A DNA stretch of 32,000 nt from Candidatus Hadarchaeales archaeon (GTDB lineage: Archaea; Hadarchaeota; Hadarchaeia; Hadarchaeales; Hadarchaeaceae): NCBI GenBank assembly GCA_038823825.1, contig JAWBCC010000002.1, forward strand, positions 60,001-92,000, read 5' to 3'. Every line of letters begins with the position of its first letter. Position 1 is the first letter of the stretch. Below, in pieces: positions 10,012 through 19,395 of the stretch. Position numbers and translations under genes: made by a program. The notes beneath the pieces are model-generated. The model did not search any database, was not told the DNA's origin, and was given only the letters and a program-made list of their open reading frames with translations.

Positions 10012-10020
10012 ATTAAATTT
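10012..10020 (-). promoter_or_regulatory. TATA box for tRNA-Pro
   Basis: AAATTTAAT on the minus strand, centred about 26-34 nt upstream of the tRNA 5' end. The same AAATTTAA core is seen upstream of tRNA-Ser. Confidence 0.5.
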
Positions 10021-10052
10021 GTGGGTCATCCCTTCCAATAAACAGATGTGCA

Positions 10053-11243
10053 TCAACGTTGTTTGGAAAGAAGTTTCTCTATCTCTTTCTCTAACCAGAT
10101 AACAGAGACATCCGGGATGCTGACTTTCGAGCTTCTCCCTCTATGGCCTGCACCAGAAGGTTTGACATCGATAATCCCTAAAGAAGCAAGCCTTCTCATA
10201 CATTCCCAGACTTTGCTCGGCGCTTTTGGCTTTTCTCCGTATTCCTCGCAGACAACCTTGTAACTTTCTCTCACATCACCGGTCAAAACATAGACGCTGC
10301 CGGAGATCTTCAGTTTTCTGGCAATCGCTAAAAGGAGAAGCTTCTCGTGAACACCCAGCTGCTCAATCGCTTCTCTTCTAACCTCAGGATAGACGTCTGA
10401 CTTTGCCTCCCTGACATGCTCAGGAAGCACAGCTTTGGATCCGCTTGCGTCCGCGATGTGCCCCGCTCTCCAAAGAAGCTCTAGTGCAAATCTCGCGTTT
10501 CCATACCTAGCGGCGATCTCTGCCACCATCTCCACTACTTCCTCGGCAACCGCACCCGGTTTGAACGCAAGCTCTAGTCTCTGGTTTATGATATCTTTTA
10601 ACTCTTCGGCATTGTATCCGCTCAGCCTGAGCATGTTGTGTATAAAGGTGCTCCTAGTCGGCTGATCGAGTTTATCTATAAACCCCGGATCTCTCGCTAT
10701 TCCGATCATGCTTATTCTGCTTTTCTTTCCCCTTTCCTCTGCCGCTCTCGTAAGAGCATATATGAGTTCGGAACCGTTTATCTTGATGAAATAATCCAGC
10801 TCGTCAAGGGCGAGCAGCAAATATCTGTCGTGCGTCTCCAGATACATGAGCACCATGTCAAGCAATTTCTCAGGAGGAAGACCATGATATGGCCACCTTG
10901 GATTGTACTTTTGTACAAGCTTTCCGTAAATCGCATGAATCGTTTTATCGAGCCTACAGTTTATGTGCACAAAATCTACGTTCCTTCCCTTTCCGCGTGC
11001 GATTTCCTCGAAAGCTGTACCGAACTTGATCGCAAGAACAGTCTTTCCGACCCCGATTTCTCCGACTATCAAAGTGTGTTGACAAGTACCGTGGGTCAAA
11101 AGGGGGCGGTAAACTCTTGCCAGCCATCTCTGCTCCTCTTCTCTGTGCACGATTGATGGCGGGATGTAATCTGGCAAAAGAACATTTGGATCTCTGAAGA
11201 CTGTCGGCCTACGTAATTCTTCTTCCAAAATCTTTGATGACAT
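10053..11243 (-). CDS. cdc6: Orc1/Cdc6 replication initiator paralog (divergent)
   Basis: 396 aa. N-terminal VFRDPNVLLPDYIPPSIVHREEE, Walker A GEIGVGKTV, Walker B LLALDELD, and a C-terminal winged-helix-like region. Confidence 0.85.
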   Translation of the reverse strand: MSSKILEEELRRPTVFRDPNVLLPDYIPPSIVHREEEQRWLARVYRPLLTHGTCQHTLIVGEIGVGKTVLAIKFGTAFEEIARGKGRNVDFVHINCRLDKTIHAIYGKLVQKYNPRWPYHGLPPEKLLDMVLMYLETHDRYLLLALDELDYFIKINGSELIYALTRAAEERGKKSRISMIGIARDPGFIDKLDQPTRSTFIHNMLRLSGYNAEELKDIINQRLELAFKPGAVAEEVVEMVAEIAARYGNARFALELLWRAGHIADASGSKAVLPEHVREAKSDVYPEVRREAIEQLGVHEKLLLLAIARKLKISGSVYVLTGDVRESYKVVCEEYGEKPKAPSKVWECMRRLASLGIIDVKPSGAGHRGRSSKVSIPDVSVIWLEKEIEKLLSKQR

Positions 11244-11308
11244 CCAAAAAGATATTCTCGGGAGTTCATAAGAATTAGTTATTAGATATTGAAGACAATC
11301 TTGGCTGG

Positions 11309-11845
11309 ATGCTACTCAGACTTCTCCCTGTCGGCGATGTTAAAGTTGAAATAAACCGACTTGGCAATCTACTCATCGGGAGATTTACCCACTTTTCCAA
11401 GCTGAAAGTTGAGAAACCCTTAAACATTCCCGAAAGTGCTTACGTCGCTGAAAGGAGACAACACGACGCCGGAAGTATTCTCGATCTCCTATCTGGCATT
11501 TCAAGGCCAGGTGAAAAAATTCTTGGAATCACCGGCGTCGATCTCTGCGTAAGGGGAAGCAATCTCAATTTTGTCTTTGGATTGGCCCATTGTCCGGGGA
11601 GAGCCGCTGTTGTCTCCGTCTTCAGGCTGAATCCGGAGCTCTATGGACAAAAGAACGGAGATTTATTTTTTGAGAGAGTGGTAAAGGAATGCGTTCACGA
11701 GCTTGGTCATACATTCGGTCTGAGGCATTGCAGATCTTCACTCTGTGTGATGAATTTTTCGAATTCCATAATCGATGTTGATAGGAAGAGAGATGACTTC
11801 TGCGAGAGTTGCAGACGTTTTCTGAGCGCCGGGGAGGGGATTTGA
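11309..11845 (+). CDS. amzA: Archaemetzincin (zinc metalloprotease)
   Basis: 178 aa with HELGHTFGLRHCRSSLCVMNFS...CESC. This is the archaemetzincin HExxHxxGxxxC...C.M...CxxC signature. Confidence 0.85.
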   Translation: MLLRLLPVGDVKVEINRLGNLLIGRFTHFSKLKVEKPLNIPESAYVAERRQHDAGSILDLLSGISRPGEKILGITGVDLCVRGSNLNFVFGLAHCPGRAAVVSVFRLNPELYGQKNGDLFFERVVKECVHELGHTFGLRHCRSSLCVMNFSNSIIDVDRKRDDFCESCRRFLSAGEGI

Positions 11846-11912
11846 ACCCCTGCGACCCACAAGGGTCACCAGATCTCGAGTCTGGCGCCTTACCTGGCTT
11901 GGCTACCCCGGC
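11827..11912 (-). tRNA. tRNA-Ser (anticodon CGA), class II with long variable arm, no encoded CCA
   Basis: Reverse complement is GCCGGGGTAGCCAAGCCAGGTAAGGCGCCAGACTCGAGATCTGGTGACCCTTGTGGGTCGCAGGGGTTCAAATCCCCTCCCCGGCG. It has anticodon stem CCAGA/TCTGG, loop CTCGAGA, variable arm GACCC-TTGT-GGGTC and discriminator G. Confidence 0.9.
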
Positions 11913-11940
11913 ACTCAATCAAATATTTGAGTAGGAAAAG

Positions 11941-11948
11941 TTAAATTT
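11941..11948 (-). promoter_or_regulatory. TATA box for tRNA-Ser
   Basis: AAATTTAA on the minus strand about 29-36 nt upstream of the tRNA 5' end, abutting the PolD large-subunit stop codon. Confidence 0.45.
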
Positions 11949-14900
11949 TACAGAAAGTCTGCTAAACTGACCTGCTTTATCTCATCACTTTCGAAGATGG
12001 ATTCTATTTCCTTCTTCATCAGCATCAGTCTCTGTTTGGTATATTCGCTCACAGAGTACTTCTTCGCGATCTGCCATGCCATCTGCATGTATTTCTCTAT
12101 GTTTCCACGTGAGACGGTGAGAACCAGCTTACCACCACAATCGCAAATACCCTTAAGCGGGATTCTTCTGTATTTTTTGTTACACACAATGCATCTGACT
12201 TTCTGTGAACCAAATGTTCTCATATTTCCCTTCATGTCTCTCAAGAAGTGATGCTCAACGATTATCTCTGCAACTGTCCTTTCATCGACAGATCTTATAA
12301 CTTTGCCAAGCTCTAGCTGCAACTTCACTTTCTCCTCCATTGTTTCCAAAACTGAATACGCGGACTCTTTTGGTCCGCCTGCGATGTCGCTCGTGTCAAG
12401 GGTGAATCCGAATCTCTCATATTGCTTCTCCGTTCCAAGTCTCTTAGCAACGGTTTCCATAAATTGCAAAACCTCTGATAGACTTTTTCCTTCCCAAGTT
12501 GCTTCATAGAACTCCAGCGGATATCTCCACATGATATCCATGTTGTGAACTTCCTTGTCGACCTCTTCGGGATCTACAAACGGATTAAGAACCAGTGGGG
12601 CATCCATTCTTCCGCCCCTGCCGGCCGGAAGGAACCTTCTGCTGAAGTTTATCAATGGATCCAAGAGAAGCATCACGCAATCTTCGTCCCCATCACAATC
12701 TCTCCTCTTCGCCGCATGGAAATATGGGTGTGCGTAATAAACGTTTGCGTCGACAAAGCCGATTATTCTACCGACAACCCCAACCGACGTGTGAGGGGCA
12801 AGAGCAAGAACAAGATGACCGACGAGATCTTCCTGCGACTTCAGATTGTAGAAGGGTTCAAGCTCGTAAAACTTGACTAGCAGTTCATCGAGAAACTTTG
12901 AAACGCGCAGGAGGTAATCCGCTGCTTTCTTAGATATCACCAAATCCTGAACCTTAAGCTCGAGCAGCTGGTCATCCCTTTCGAGCTGATTCCCATAGAT
13001 GTCTTTCTCATAACCAAGTTTTCTCAACATTTCAACAGAGACGCCTATCTCCTTGGGTCTAAAGTGGGTGAGCGGAACATTTGTTGCATCAAACCTGATT
13101 GTTCCATCCTTGAAGATAAACACCCTGTGTTTGGCTCGAAGAATTCCCTTCTCGAGAGGCTCGGGAATTTTACACTCACTCGTCAATCCCTGAACTCCTT
13201 TCAGAAGAGATGGCTTTTCCTCGCCTATTTTCTCCAAGGCTTTTTTAAGAAGTTCTCTGACGTCAATCGTTATCTTTGCGAACGGAGAAGATGATTTTTT
13301 GTGAATGGTGCAGCGGCCTTCACCGGTCTGACCACATTCGGGACATCCGGTCTTGTATTCCCCCTCGCCGCCGCAAAAATCGCACTTTCTTCCTATGAGT
13401 CTCTTCCCGCACTTTTTGCAGGTTATTATCGCGATCTCTGTTGAAACTTTCTCCGCCTCTACTATGTTTCTTTCTTTTCCACCCTCCTGACCAACAGGAA
13501 ACAAGACATGAACCGGAGGTTTCATCATCCTTTCCTTTGCTTTTTCCGGTCTTCCCATTCTGACCCCTATGAATGTTCCTCCTTTCCTGCGCACCGGAAA
13601 TGGTGCCAGTTTGGAAATTAAATCAAAAGATTCCGCAGGACTCGTGCTCTGGTATATCTGTGTGAATCTTTCAACTGTTAAATTTTGTCCATCCAGAAGC
13701 CCAAGAGTTTTGCACAGAGGAAGAGCATGCTCCTCGATTATGACTTTGTTGTTTTCCACTTTGTGTGGAACTCCTATTTCCTCCAAAAATCTCTTGCAAT
13801 ATTCATCCATCGGAACTTCGAGTTTTTCCAATCCTGACGGACCAAACGAAGCTATTCCGCTGGACAGCCATTTGGCAAGATCAAACAACTCTCCCGGATC
13901 CAAGTCTTCGTAGAAGTATGTATAAGAGGGATGAAGCGGAATTTTGTGTTTTTCGCTTAATTCCACAGCCAGCTGAGGGGAAGGTCTCGGATATGGCGGT
14001 TTTATGTATCTCTGTAAATCTTCTGGGACATCACCGAGCGCTTTTTCAACCTCCTGTGCCCACCACTCCTCGCAATATCCGGCTGGCATCAACTTATGAT
14101 TGTTCTCGAGGAATTCGCCAAAACCGATAAGGATGTCTCCCAAGAAGAGGATCTCGGCGATGTCGTTCTTTACTCTCCTTGCTTCTTCAGCGGAGGACAG
14201 CTGCACAACAGATCCATCTTTCAGTCTCACAATCGGACCTTCAATCGAATCAACTGGTGTGGCCGCTCCTCCTTTTCCAGGTCTCTCCGTCTTCAACTGC
14301 GTTCCGATGGCGATGAAATCTCTGCATATCACCATAGTCGCCGGATGAATTCCGACAGCCGCAATACCTGTTGTTCGCGACCTTCCATATCTCAGCCTGA
14401 AACCTCCACGCGCCCCGGAGCTTCTGGGGAGAGCAAGAACTGGTCGTCCACCTATCGTCTCCTCAAGATATTGATTTGGCTGTCTGAAGGCCTCCTCGAC
14501 CTTTTCCGATCCGACAACCTCCGACAGCCATTCCCATCCGTCGAGGTTGAGTTCTCTCACATATTTCAGAATTTTTGCAGACTTCTGCATTACCCCTTCA
14601 ACGAGAACTAGAATAGCGCCTCCTCGAATCCCGTTGTGTTCGACCCTCGGAAGATTTCTAAAGGAAAAAACCTCGATTTCTTCCGTTGCCTCACCGGTTA
14701 TCTCGATCGGCAAATTCCAAACGTACTTTCTTATTTCTTCCGAAGATGGGACATACTGGCCCGGTGCAACGAACGTTTTATATAGTTCGACCTCCTCGAC
14801 GTACCTTTCAACTTCTTGCTCCGTAGGTTTGTAAGGAGAAAGATAGAGTTTGCGTCTGATGAAATCCGCGAGCAAAACGGAAAGCGCTGCTGGTGTCCCT

Positions 14901-15352
14901 CCGGCTGCTCTTATCGGCCCAGCATAGTAGATTGCTAGATAATTTGTTCTGTCACTGTTTTCCTTTATTTTTACCTCAACGATCCCCTCCAGTGGTGCCA
15001 CGACTACCCCCTCGGTGAGAATCGCAAGCGCGGTCCTAAGGGCCTGTTCAGCTAGTTTTTCTTTGTTTTCTTCCTCCCCAAACTTTCCTTCGACAATCAT
15101 TTCAGCAACTGTAAAGGCAACTCTTTCCTTCTGCTTCAATTTTTCTAGAAGTTCTTTAATGACCTTAGCCACTCCGGGTGGCCCGACTAACTCTTCAACC
15201 CTTTCAGCCATGCTCCCGGCAATCGGTATCTCAACGTACGGCTCTGGATCCAAACCTTTTGATCTGGCTTTCCTCGCGACCTCATAGGCCTTGTCTATCC
15301 CATTTTTAATTTCTTCGAAATATTTCATCATCTCAGGCGAAGCTTGCATCAT
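11948..15352 (-). CDS. dp2: DNA polymerase D (Pol II) large catalytic subunit DP2, no intein
   Basis: About 1134 aa, collinear by eye with Pyrococcus DP2. Shared segments include PEMMKYFEEI..IDKAYEVARKAR, GGFRLRYGRSR, GTQLKTERPGKG, MGRPEKAKER, HPYFHAAKRRDCDGDED and a C-terminal CxxC zinc cluster. The track's start at 15358 is TTG. The first ATG at 15352 overlaps the HAD gene's 3' end by 20 nt; another ATG at 15331 lies 1 nt after the HAD stop. Confidence 0.92.
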   Translation of the reverse strand: MMQASPEMMKYFEEIKNGIDKAYEVARKARSKGLDPEPYVEIPIAGSMAERVEELVGPPGVAKVIKELLEKLKQKERVAFTVAEMIVEGKFGEEENKEKLAEQALRTALAILTEGVVVAPLEGIVEVKIKENSDRTNYLAIYYAGPIRAAGGTPAALSVLLADFIRRKLYLSPYKPTEQEVERYVEEVELYKTFVAPGQYVPSSEEIRKYVWNLPIEITGEATEEIEVFSFRNLPRVEHNGIRGGAILVLVEGVMQKSAKILKYVRELNLDGWEWLSEVVGSEKVEEAFRQPNQYLEETIGGRPVLALPRSSGARGGFRLRYGRSRTTGIAAVGIHPATMVICRDFIAIGTQLKTERPGKGGAATPVDSIEGPIVRLKDGSVVQLSSAEEARRVKNDIAEILFLGDILIGFGEFLENNHKLMPAGYCEEWWAQEVEKALGDVPEDLQRYIKPPYPRPSPQLAVELSEKHKIPLHPSYTYFYEDLDPGELFDLAKWLSSGIASFGPSGLEKLEVPMDEYCKRFLEEIGVPHKVENNKVIIEEHALPLCKTLGLLDGQNLTVERFTQIYQSTSPAESFDLISKLAPFPVRRKGGTFIGVRMGRPEKAKERMMKPPVHVLFPVGQEGGKERNIVEAEKVSTEIAIITCKKCGKRLIGRKCDFCGGEGEYKTGCPECGQTGEGRCTIHKKSSSPFAKITIDVRELLKKALEKIGEEKPSLLKGVQGLTSECKIPEPLEKGILRAKHRVFIFKDGTIRFDATNVPLTHFRPKEIGVSVEMLRKLGYEKDIYGNQLERDDQLLELKVQDLVISKKAADYLLRVSKFLDELLVKFYELEPFYNLKSQEDLVGHLVLALAPHTSVGVVGRIIGFVDANVYYAHPYFHAAKRRDCDGDEDCVMLLLDPLINFSRRFLPAGRGGRMDAPLVLNPFVDPEEVDKEVHNMDIMWRYPLEFYEATWEGKSLSEVLQFMETVAKRLGTEKQYERFGFTLDTSDIAGGPKESAYSVLETMEEKVKLQLELGKVIRSVDERTVAEIIVEHHFLRDMKGNMRTFGSQKVRCIVCNKKYRRIPLKGICDCGGKLVLTVSRGNIEKYMQMAWQIAKKYSVSEYTKQRLMLMKKEIESIFESDEIKQVSLADFL

Positions 15353-16109
15353 CAACAACCTCTCTCAGCGAGTTAAAAACGAAATCCGGCTGTGGAAGAG
15401 TTTGAGATATCTCCTTTGTCACTCCGGTCAAGACTAGAACAGTTGACAATCCTGCAGCCTTGCCGACCACAACATCCACATCTTGCCTGTCCCCGACAAT
15501 CACAGCTTTTTCTTTTGGTACTTTAGTCATTTTGAGACCAAGCTCGAGCATGAAAGTGGATGGCTTTCCAACAATCTCAGGTTTTTTACCACTACTCGCA
15601 GAGAGAGCGGCTACTATTGCTCCAGCTCCCGGAGCCAGACCGCGATCGGTCGGATATGTTGGGTCTGCATTCGTTGCAACGATTTCTGCTCCGGAAAGTA
15701 AAGCCGAAGTCGCCTCTGCTAGCTTCCTGTACGTGAGTTTGCGATCGAGACCCACCACGACATGCGTCGCTTGCCGAGCATTTTTAACAATCTTCAATTT
15801 AGCCGCATTCAATTCTTCTCGTAAACCAGTTTCTCCCACAACAAAAACCTTTGCTTCAGGACATTTTTCTTTCAAATATGCAGCCGTGGCATAGCCAGAT
15901 GTTATTATTTGGGAAGGTTTCACATCTATCCCGAACTTTGCAAATTTTCTCGCATAACCTTCTCTAGAAAGAGTCGAGTTGTTCGTTAGAAAAATCACTT
16001 TCTTTTTCCTCATTTCCAGCTTTTTAATCGCTTCTTTAGCCCCAGAAATGAGCTTCTCTCCCAGAAAAACTACGCCATCCAAATCGATGAAGAAGAGATC
16101 AAACCTCAT
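15333..16109 (-). CDS. HAD-superfamily hydrolase, subfamily IIA (NagD/p-nitrophenyl-phosphatase-like)
   Basis: 258 aa. Motif I FIDLDGVV, FLTNNS (motif II region), C-terminal GDRQDVDV. ATGA overlap with the PolD small-subunit stop (16106-16109). Confidence 0.75.
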   Translation of the reverse strand: MRFDLFFIDLDGVVFLGEKLISGAKEAIKKLEMRKKKVIFLTNNSTLSREGYARKFAKFGIDVKPSQIITSGYATAAYLKEKCPEAKVFVVGETGLREELNAAKLKIVKNARQATHVVVGLDRKLTYRKLAEATSALLSGAEIVATNADPTYPTDRGLAPGAGAIVAALSASSGKKPEIVGKPSTFMLELGLKMTKVPKEKAVIVGDRQDVDVVVGKAAGLSTVLVLTGVTKEISQTLPQPDFVFNSLREVVDDASFA

Positions 16110-17653
16110 ATGAATTTCACCACATCAAGTTGATGTGACATTAGATTAAGAATTGGCACTATACCAGGCGTAGGTGTTACGCCCAGCTTTTTCATGTACT
16201 CTGTTCTCTCTTGGAAGGTTCCGGAATTCACAAGAAAGACTTCTTTGTATTTCTTCTTTCCAAATATATGTAAGTGTCCTGTGTGGAAAACATCGGGGAT
16301 CTCATCTATGACCAACAGATCCTCGCGTTCCGGAGCAAACATAACTTTTCCACCGTAAATCGGTGCCAGATGTCTCTTCTCCAACATCAGTTCCATCAAA
16401 CCTGTCGGCTCTTCCCTTCTTAATCCAGGGACCGAGCAAACTATGTCGTCAAAACTTCGTCCATGATATATCTGAAAATGAACCCCTTCTATGGAAACCA
16501 AGGCCGGATTCCCAACCATGACTGCTTTAAGATCATTATAGAGCTCGGGGCATACATCCTTCTGGATTGCCGGTTGGGGCTCAGCGGATCTAACAGCATC
16601 GTGGTTTCCCGGCGAGATTATGAGCAAGATGTGCTCAGGCAGCTCGGAGAGAATTTTCGCAGCAACCGCATACTGCTTGAATACATCTGGAACCAAAAGT
16701 TCATCATATTGCTCGGGATAAACTCCTATTCCATCCACCAGATCTCCTGCGATTATGATATATTTGACGTTTCCTGCTATTTCTCTCTCTTTCTCCGTCT
16801 CTCCTCCTTCCTTGAGCCACCTGACGAACTTCATGAAGACATTCTCTAGGAACTTGTCGCTTCCTACGTGTAAATCTGAGAGCATGGCTACAGAGACCGG
16901 AATTTCCGCTTTTCTTACTTCTCTTTTAACCGGAACTCCTGGCCACTCGATATCGTCCGCAAAAATTCTAAGCTTATTATAATCGAAATTTACTCTCCCT
17001 TCAACACCAATCACTTCATCGGGAACAACCTTTTCGGCCTTCTCAAGAACCTGCCTATTTCTGGACACAAAAACCATTACGCTGCCCGTTGGATCTTCAA
17101 TCTCTATTGCGATTGTTCCACCCTTTAGAACTTTTTTATCTTTCACCATTCCTATCACGGCAACTTTTTCTCCATTGAAGCTGCGTAAAGATGATATCGA
17201 AAGAGCCCGCTCAAATCTTGGTCTTTCTCTAAGAATCTTCGATAGCTTCTCGAACCTGCTCATGAAAATCCTGTGGAAATCTTCGATTGTGCCCTTTCCT
17301 AGACTCTTCCCCGTAACATCCTTCAGAACCTTCACCTTATGCTCATATTCGGCGGAGATTGGTCTGAATTTCTTATGCGTCAGCTCCCCAACGATCGGTT
17401 CAGGTTCGGGTTTAGCCTCTTCCACTGGTTTTGACGGTTCAAGCAGTGGTTTTACCTCTGGCTGAAGTATTTCCTTAACGATTTCCGCGCCGACCATCAC
17501 GAGAGCCCCATGTTTATCCTTCAAACCCTGAATGACTTTTTCAACAGCCATCTCGACATTCTCAGACGAGAGAATGAGATTTAGCGCTTCTTCAGTCAGC
17601 AGGAGACTCTCTCGAGCAAATTTCCTCGCAATCTCCGCAGTTTCCAAAATCAT
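16106..17653 (-). CDS. dp1: DNA polymerase D small subunit DP1 (3'-5' exonuclease, calcineurin-like phosphoesterase)
   Basis: Phosphoesterase motifs LSDLHVGS, GDLVDG, GNHD and GHLH. The track's start at 17710 would overlap cdc6. The ATG at 17653 (MILETAEIARKF) lies 4 nt after the cdc6 stop and is preferred. Confidence 0.9.
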   Translation of the reverse strand: MILETAEIARKFARESLLLTEEALNLILSSENVEMAVEKVIQGLKDKHGALVMVGAEIVKEILQPEVKPLLEPSKPVEEAKPEPEPIVGELTHKKFRPISAEYEHKVKVLKDVTGKSLGKGTIEDFHRIFMSRFEKLSKILRERPRFERALSISSLRSFNGEKVAVIGMVKDKKVLKGGTIAIEIEDPTGSVMVFVSRNRQVLEKAEKVVPDEVIGVEGRVNFDYNKLRIFADDIEWPGVPVKREVRKAEIPVSVAMLSDLHVGSDKFLENVFMKFVRWLKEGGETEKEREIAGNVKYIIIAGDLVDGIGVYPEQYDELLVPDVFKQYAVAAKILSELPEHILLIISPGNHDAVRSAEPQPAIQKDVCPELYNDLKAVMVGNPALVSIEGVHFQIYHGRSFDDIVCSVPGLRREEPTGLMELMLEKRHLAPIYGGKVMFAPEREDLLVIDEIPDVFHTGHLHIFGKKKYKEVFLVNSGTFQERTEYMKKLGVTPTPGIVPILNLMSHQLDVVKFI

Positions 17654-17657
17654 CACC

Positions 17658-18914
17658 TCAAGGAGAAAGAGAAGCAAAAATTTCCGGACCAACCAGAGAA
17701 AGAATCGCATCTTCTTGAACCAGTGCCTGAACCTGCAGCGGATGAATATTGAGTTTTATTTCCTTTGTTCGTCCGTATCTCCCTCTGTTAACAAGTCTGG
17801 CGCAAATTATTCCTAAAAGGTCTAACTCTGCAATCAAATCTTGTACTCTTCTGCTCGTGAGCACATCCGTTCCGCTCTTGTGGCATATCATCTTGTAGTA
17901 CTCGTAAACTTCACCTGTTGTAACAGGCCTTGGTTTTCTTTGTGCTAGAATGGAAATTGCAAGGAGCACGAGTTTTGATTGCAGCGGAAGAGTTTTTATT
18001 ACCTCGACTATATGATCCTGTTCTATCGTTTCATGAGCTTTCCTGACATGCTCAACCGTAACCGTCTCCGCGCCTTCCTCTTCGGCGATTTCTCCCGCAA
18101 CCCTGAGAAGATCAAGAGCTCTTCTAGCATCTCCGTGTTCCCTTGCCGCGTACGCCGCACAAAGCGGAATAACACCTTCCGCAAGCACACCATCACAGAA
18201 ACTCATCCTCGCTCTCTCTTCCAGAATGTCTCTCAACTGATTGGCATTATATGGTGGAAAAACAACTTCTTCACCGCTAAGACTGCTTCTGACCCTCGCA
18301 TCAAGCATGTTTATAAAACTCAGATTGTTCGATATACCTATGATGCAAGTTCTGGCTTTTTTAAGCTCTAGGTTTACTCTGGTGAGACTGTATAGAACGT
18401 CATCCCCTTCTTTTCTGACCAGCTTGTCTATCTCGTCAAGAACAATGACAACCTGCCTGTTCTCCGCATCCAATGTTTTGACGAAGGCCCGATAGACTTC
18501 ATCCAAGGGCCACCCAGTCCTCGGAATTCTGGGGAGATTTTTTACAACTTCCGATTCCTTCATCTGATCTAGCAGCGTTTCGGCGAGAGATGCGAGAACG
18601 CGATAATGTGTGTTCACGATTTCACAATTGAGATAAAGGACATTCACTTTCATTTGCGAGTTTTTGCTCGCTTCTTCCAATTCTTTTCCCACATATCTGA
18701 CCGTGGCCGTTTTGCCCGTCCCAGGCTTGCCGTAGATCAAAACATTTGAAGGTGTTTCACCTCTTAGAGGAGCCGCAAGTATTCTAGCCAGTTGTTTAAC
18801 CTGCTCATCTCTATGGAGAAGCCTGTCCGGAATGTATGTATGTCGTAAAAATTCTCGGTTTTTGAATATCGGTTTCGTCCTCATGATATCCTCAAACAGG
18901 TTCTTTTGAATCAA
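17658..18914 (-). CDS. cdc6: Orc1/Cdc6 replication initiator (canonical, Pyrococcus-like)
   Basis: 418 aa. LFEDIMRTKPIFKNREFLRHTYIPDRLLHRDEQ, Walker A GKPGTGKT, Walker B VLDEID. The TTG start at 18914 overlaps the upstream gene by 23 nt. The alternative ATG is at 18884. Confidence 0.9.
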   Translation of the reverse strand: MIQKNLFEDIMRTKPIFKNREFLRHTYIPDRLLHRDEQVKQLARILAAPLRGETPSNVLIYGKPGTGKTATVRYVGKELEEASKNSQMKVNVLYLNCEIVNTHYRVLASLAETLLDQMKESEVVKNLPRIPRTGWPLDEVYRAFVKTLDAENRQVVIVLDEIDKLVRKEGDDVLYSLTRVNLELKKARTCIIGISNNLSFINMLDARVRSSLSGEEVVFPPYNANQLRDILEERARMSFCDGVLAEGVIPLCAAYAAREHGDARRALDLLRVAGEIAEEEGAETVTVEHVRKAHETIEQDHIVEVIKTLPLQSKLVLLAISILAQRKPRPVTTGEVYEYYKMICHKSGTDVLTSRRVQDLIAELDLLGIICARLVNRGRYGRTKEIKLNIHPLQVQALVQEDAILSLVGPEIFASLSP

Positions 18915-19395
18915 TTCCAGACACCTCCTCTCCAGCTGGGATTTCCCCCAGCTCGTTCATCCAGCCCTCAACGAACAACGAAAGCTGATTGATGAGAAAT
19001 CTCTCCTCCAACAAAATGTTTTGGTCCTCCTCGGGCGAAAGCACGAATTTCAAAAGTTTAGTTAGCCTGCGATTGAGCAAAATTTTGAATAGGGATGATA
19101 TGGATTTTGCCATGTCCGTATTTCCTTTCTTGATGAGACTGGTTATTGTTCGGCGAACGTTCTCGTAAAAATTCTCCGGAAGCTGCTGCAGAGAATCGCT
19201 CATCTCCTCTGCGAGTATTTTCTTTTTGATCTCGGTCACTGTTATTGTCTCCACCTCGGCAAGACCTTTCTCCTCAAAAACTTCTGCCTCCCAGCGCCAT
19301 AGTTCTGCCCTTTCTCCAGCCTCAAACGGTCCAAGAGTCTTTCCGCCGACCTCCACCTGATCAACATCTTGAAGAAACTTTACCACTAATTTCAT
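18892..19395 (-). CDS. gins23: GINS subunit, Gins23-like (B-domain then A-domain order)
   Basis: 167 aa. A beta-rich N-terminal ~60 aa is followed by a helical region with LPENFYENVRR and RRLTKLL. It is wedged between mcm and cdc6 with zero intergenic distance to the mcm stop. I recall mcm-gins23 adjacency in Pyrococcus. Confidence 0.5.
   Translation of the reverse strand: MKLVVKFLQDVDQVEVGGKTLGPFEAGERAELWRWEAEVFEEKGLAEVETITVTEIKKKILAEEMSDSLQQLPENFYENVRRTITSLIKKGNTDMAKSISSLFKILLNRRLTKLLKFVLSPEEDQNILLEERFLINQLSLFVEGWMNELGEIPAGEEVSGIDSKEPV

Noticed and set aside
14987-14995. Partial ORB-core matches inside coding regions: CTCCAGTGG at 14987-14995 (dp2), TTCCACTGG at 17420-17428 (dp1), TCCAGTGG at 29066-29073 (tyrS)
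   Set aside because: They match only 8-9 nt of the core, have no GGAAA arm or G-string, and sit within conserved coding sequence. This is consistent with chance, so they are not called as ORBs.
17654-17710. Longer N-terminal extensions offered by the ORF track: dp1 to 17710, RNase J to 4176, tyrS to 28233, LAGLIDADG-like ORF to 27764
   Set aside because: The extensions overlap upstream genes, encode hydrophobic or low-complexity residues absent from recalled homolog N-termini, and tighter internal starts give 4-nt overlaps or short gaps. These remain unverified choices.
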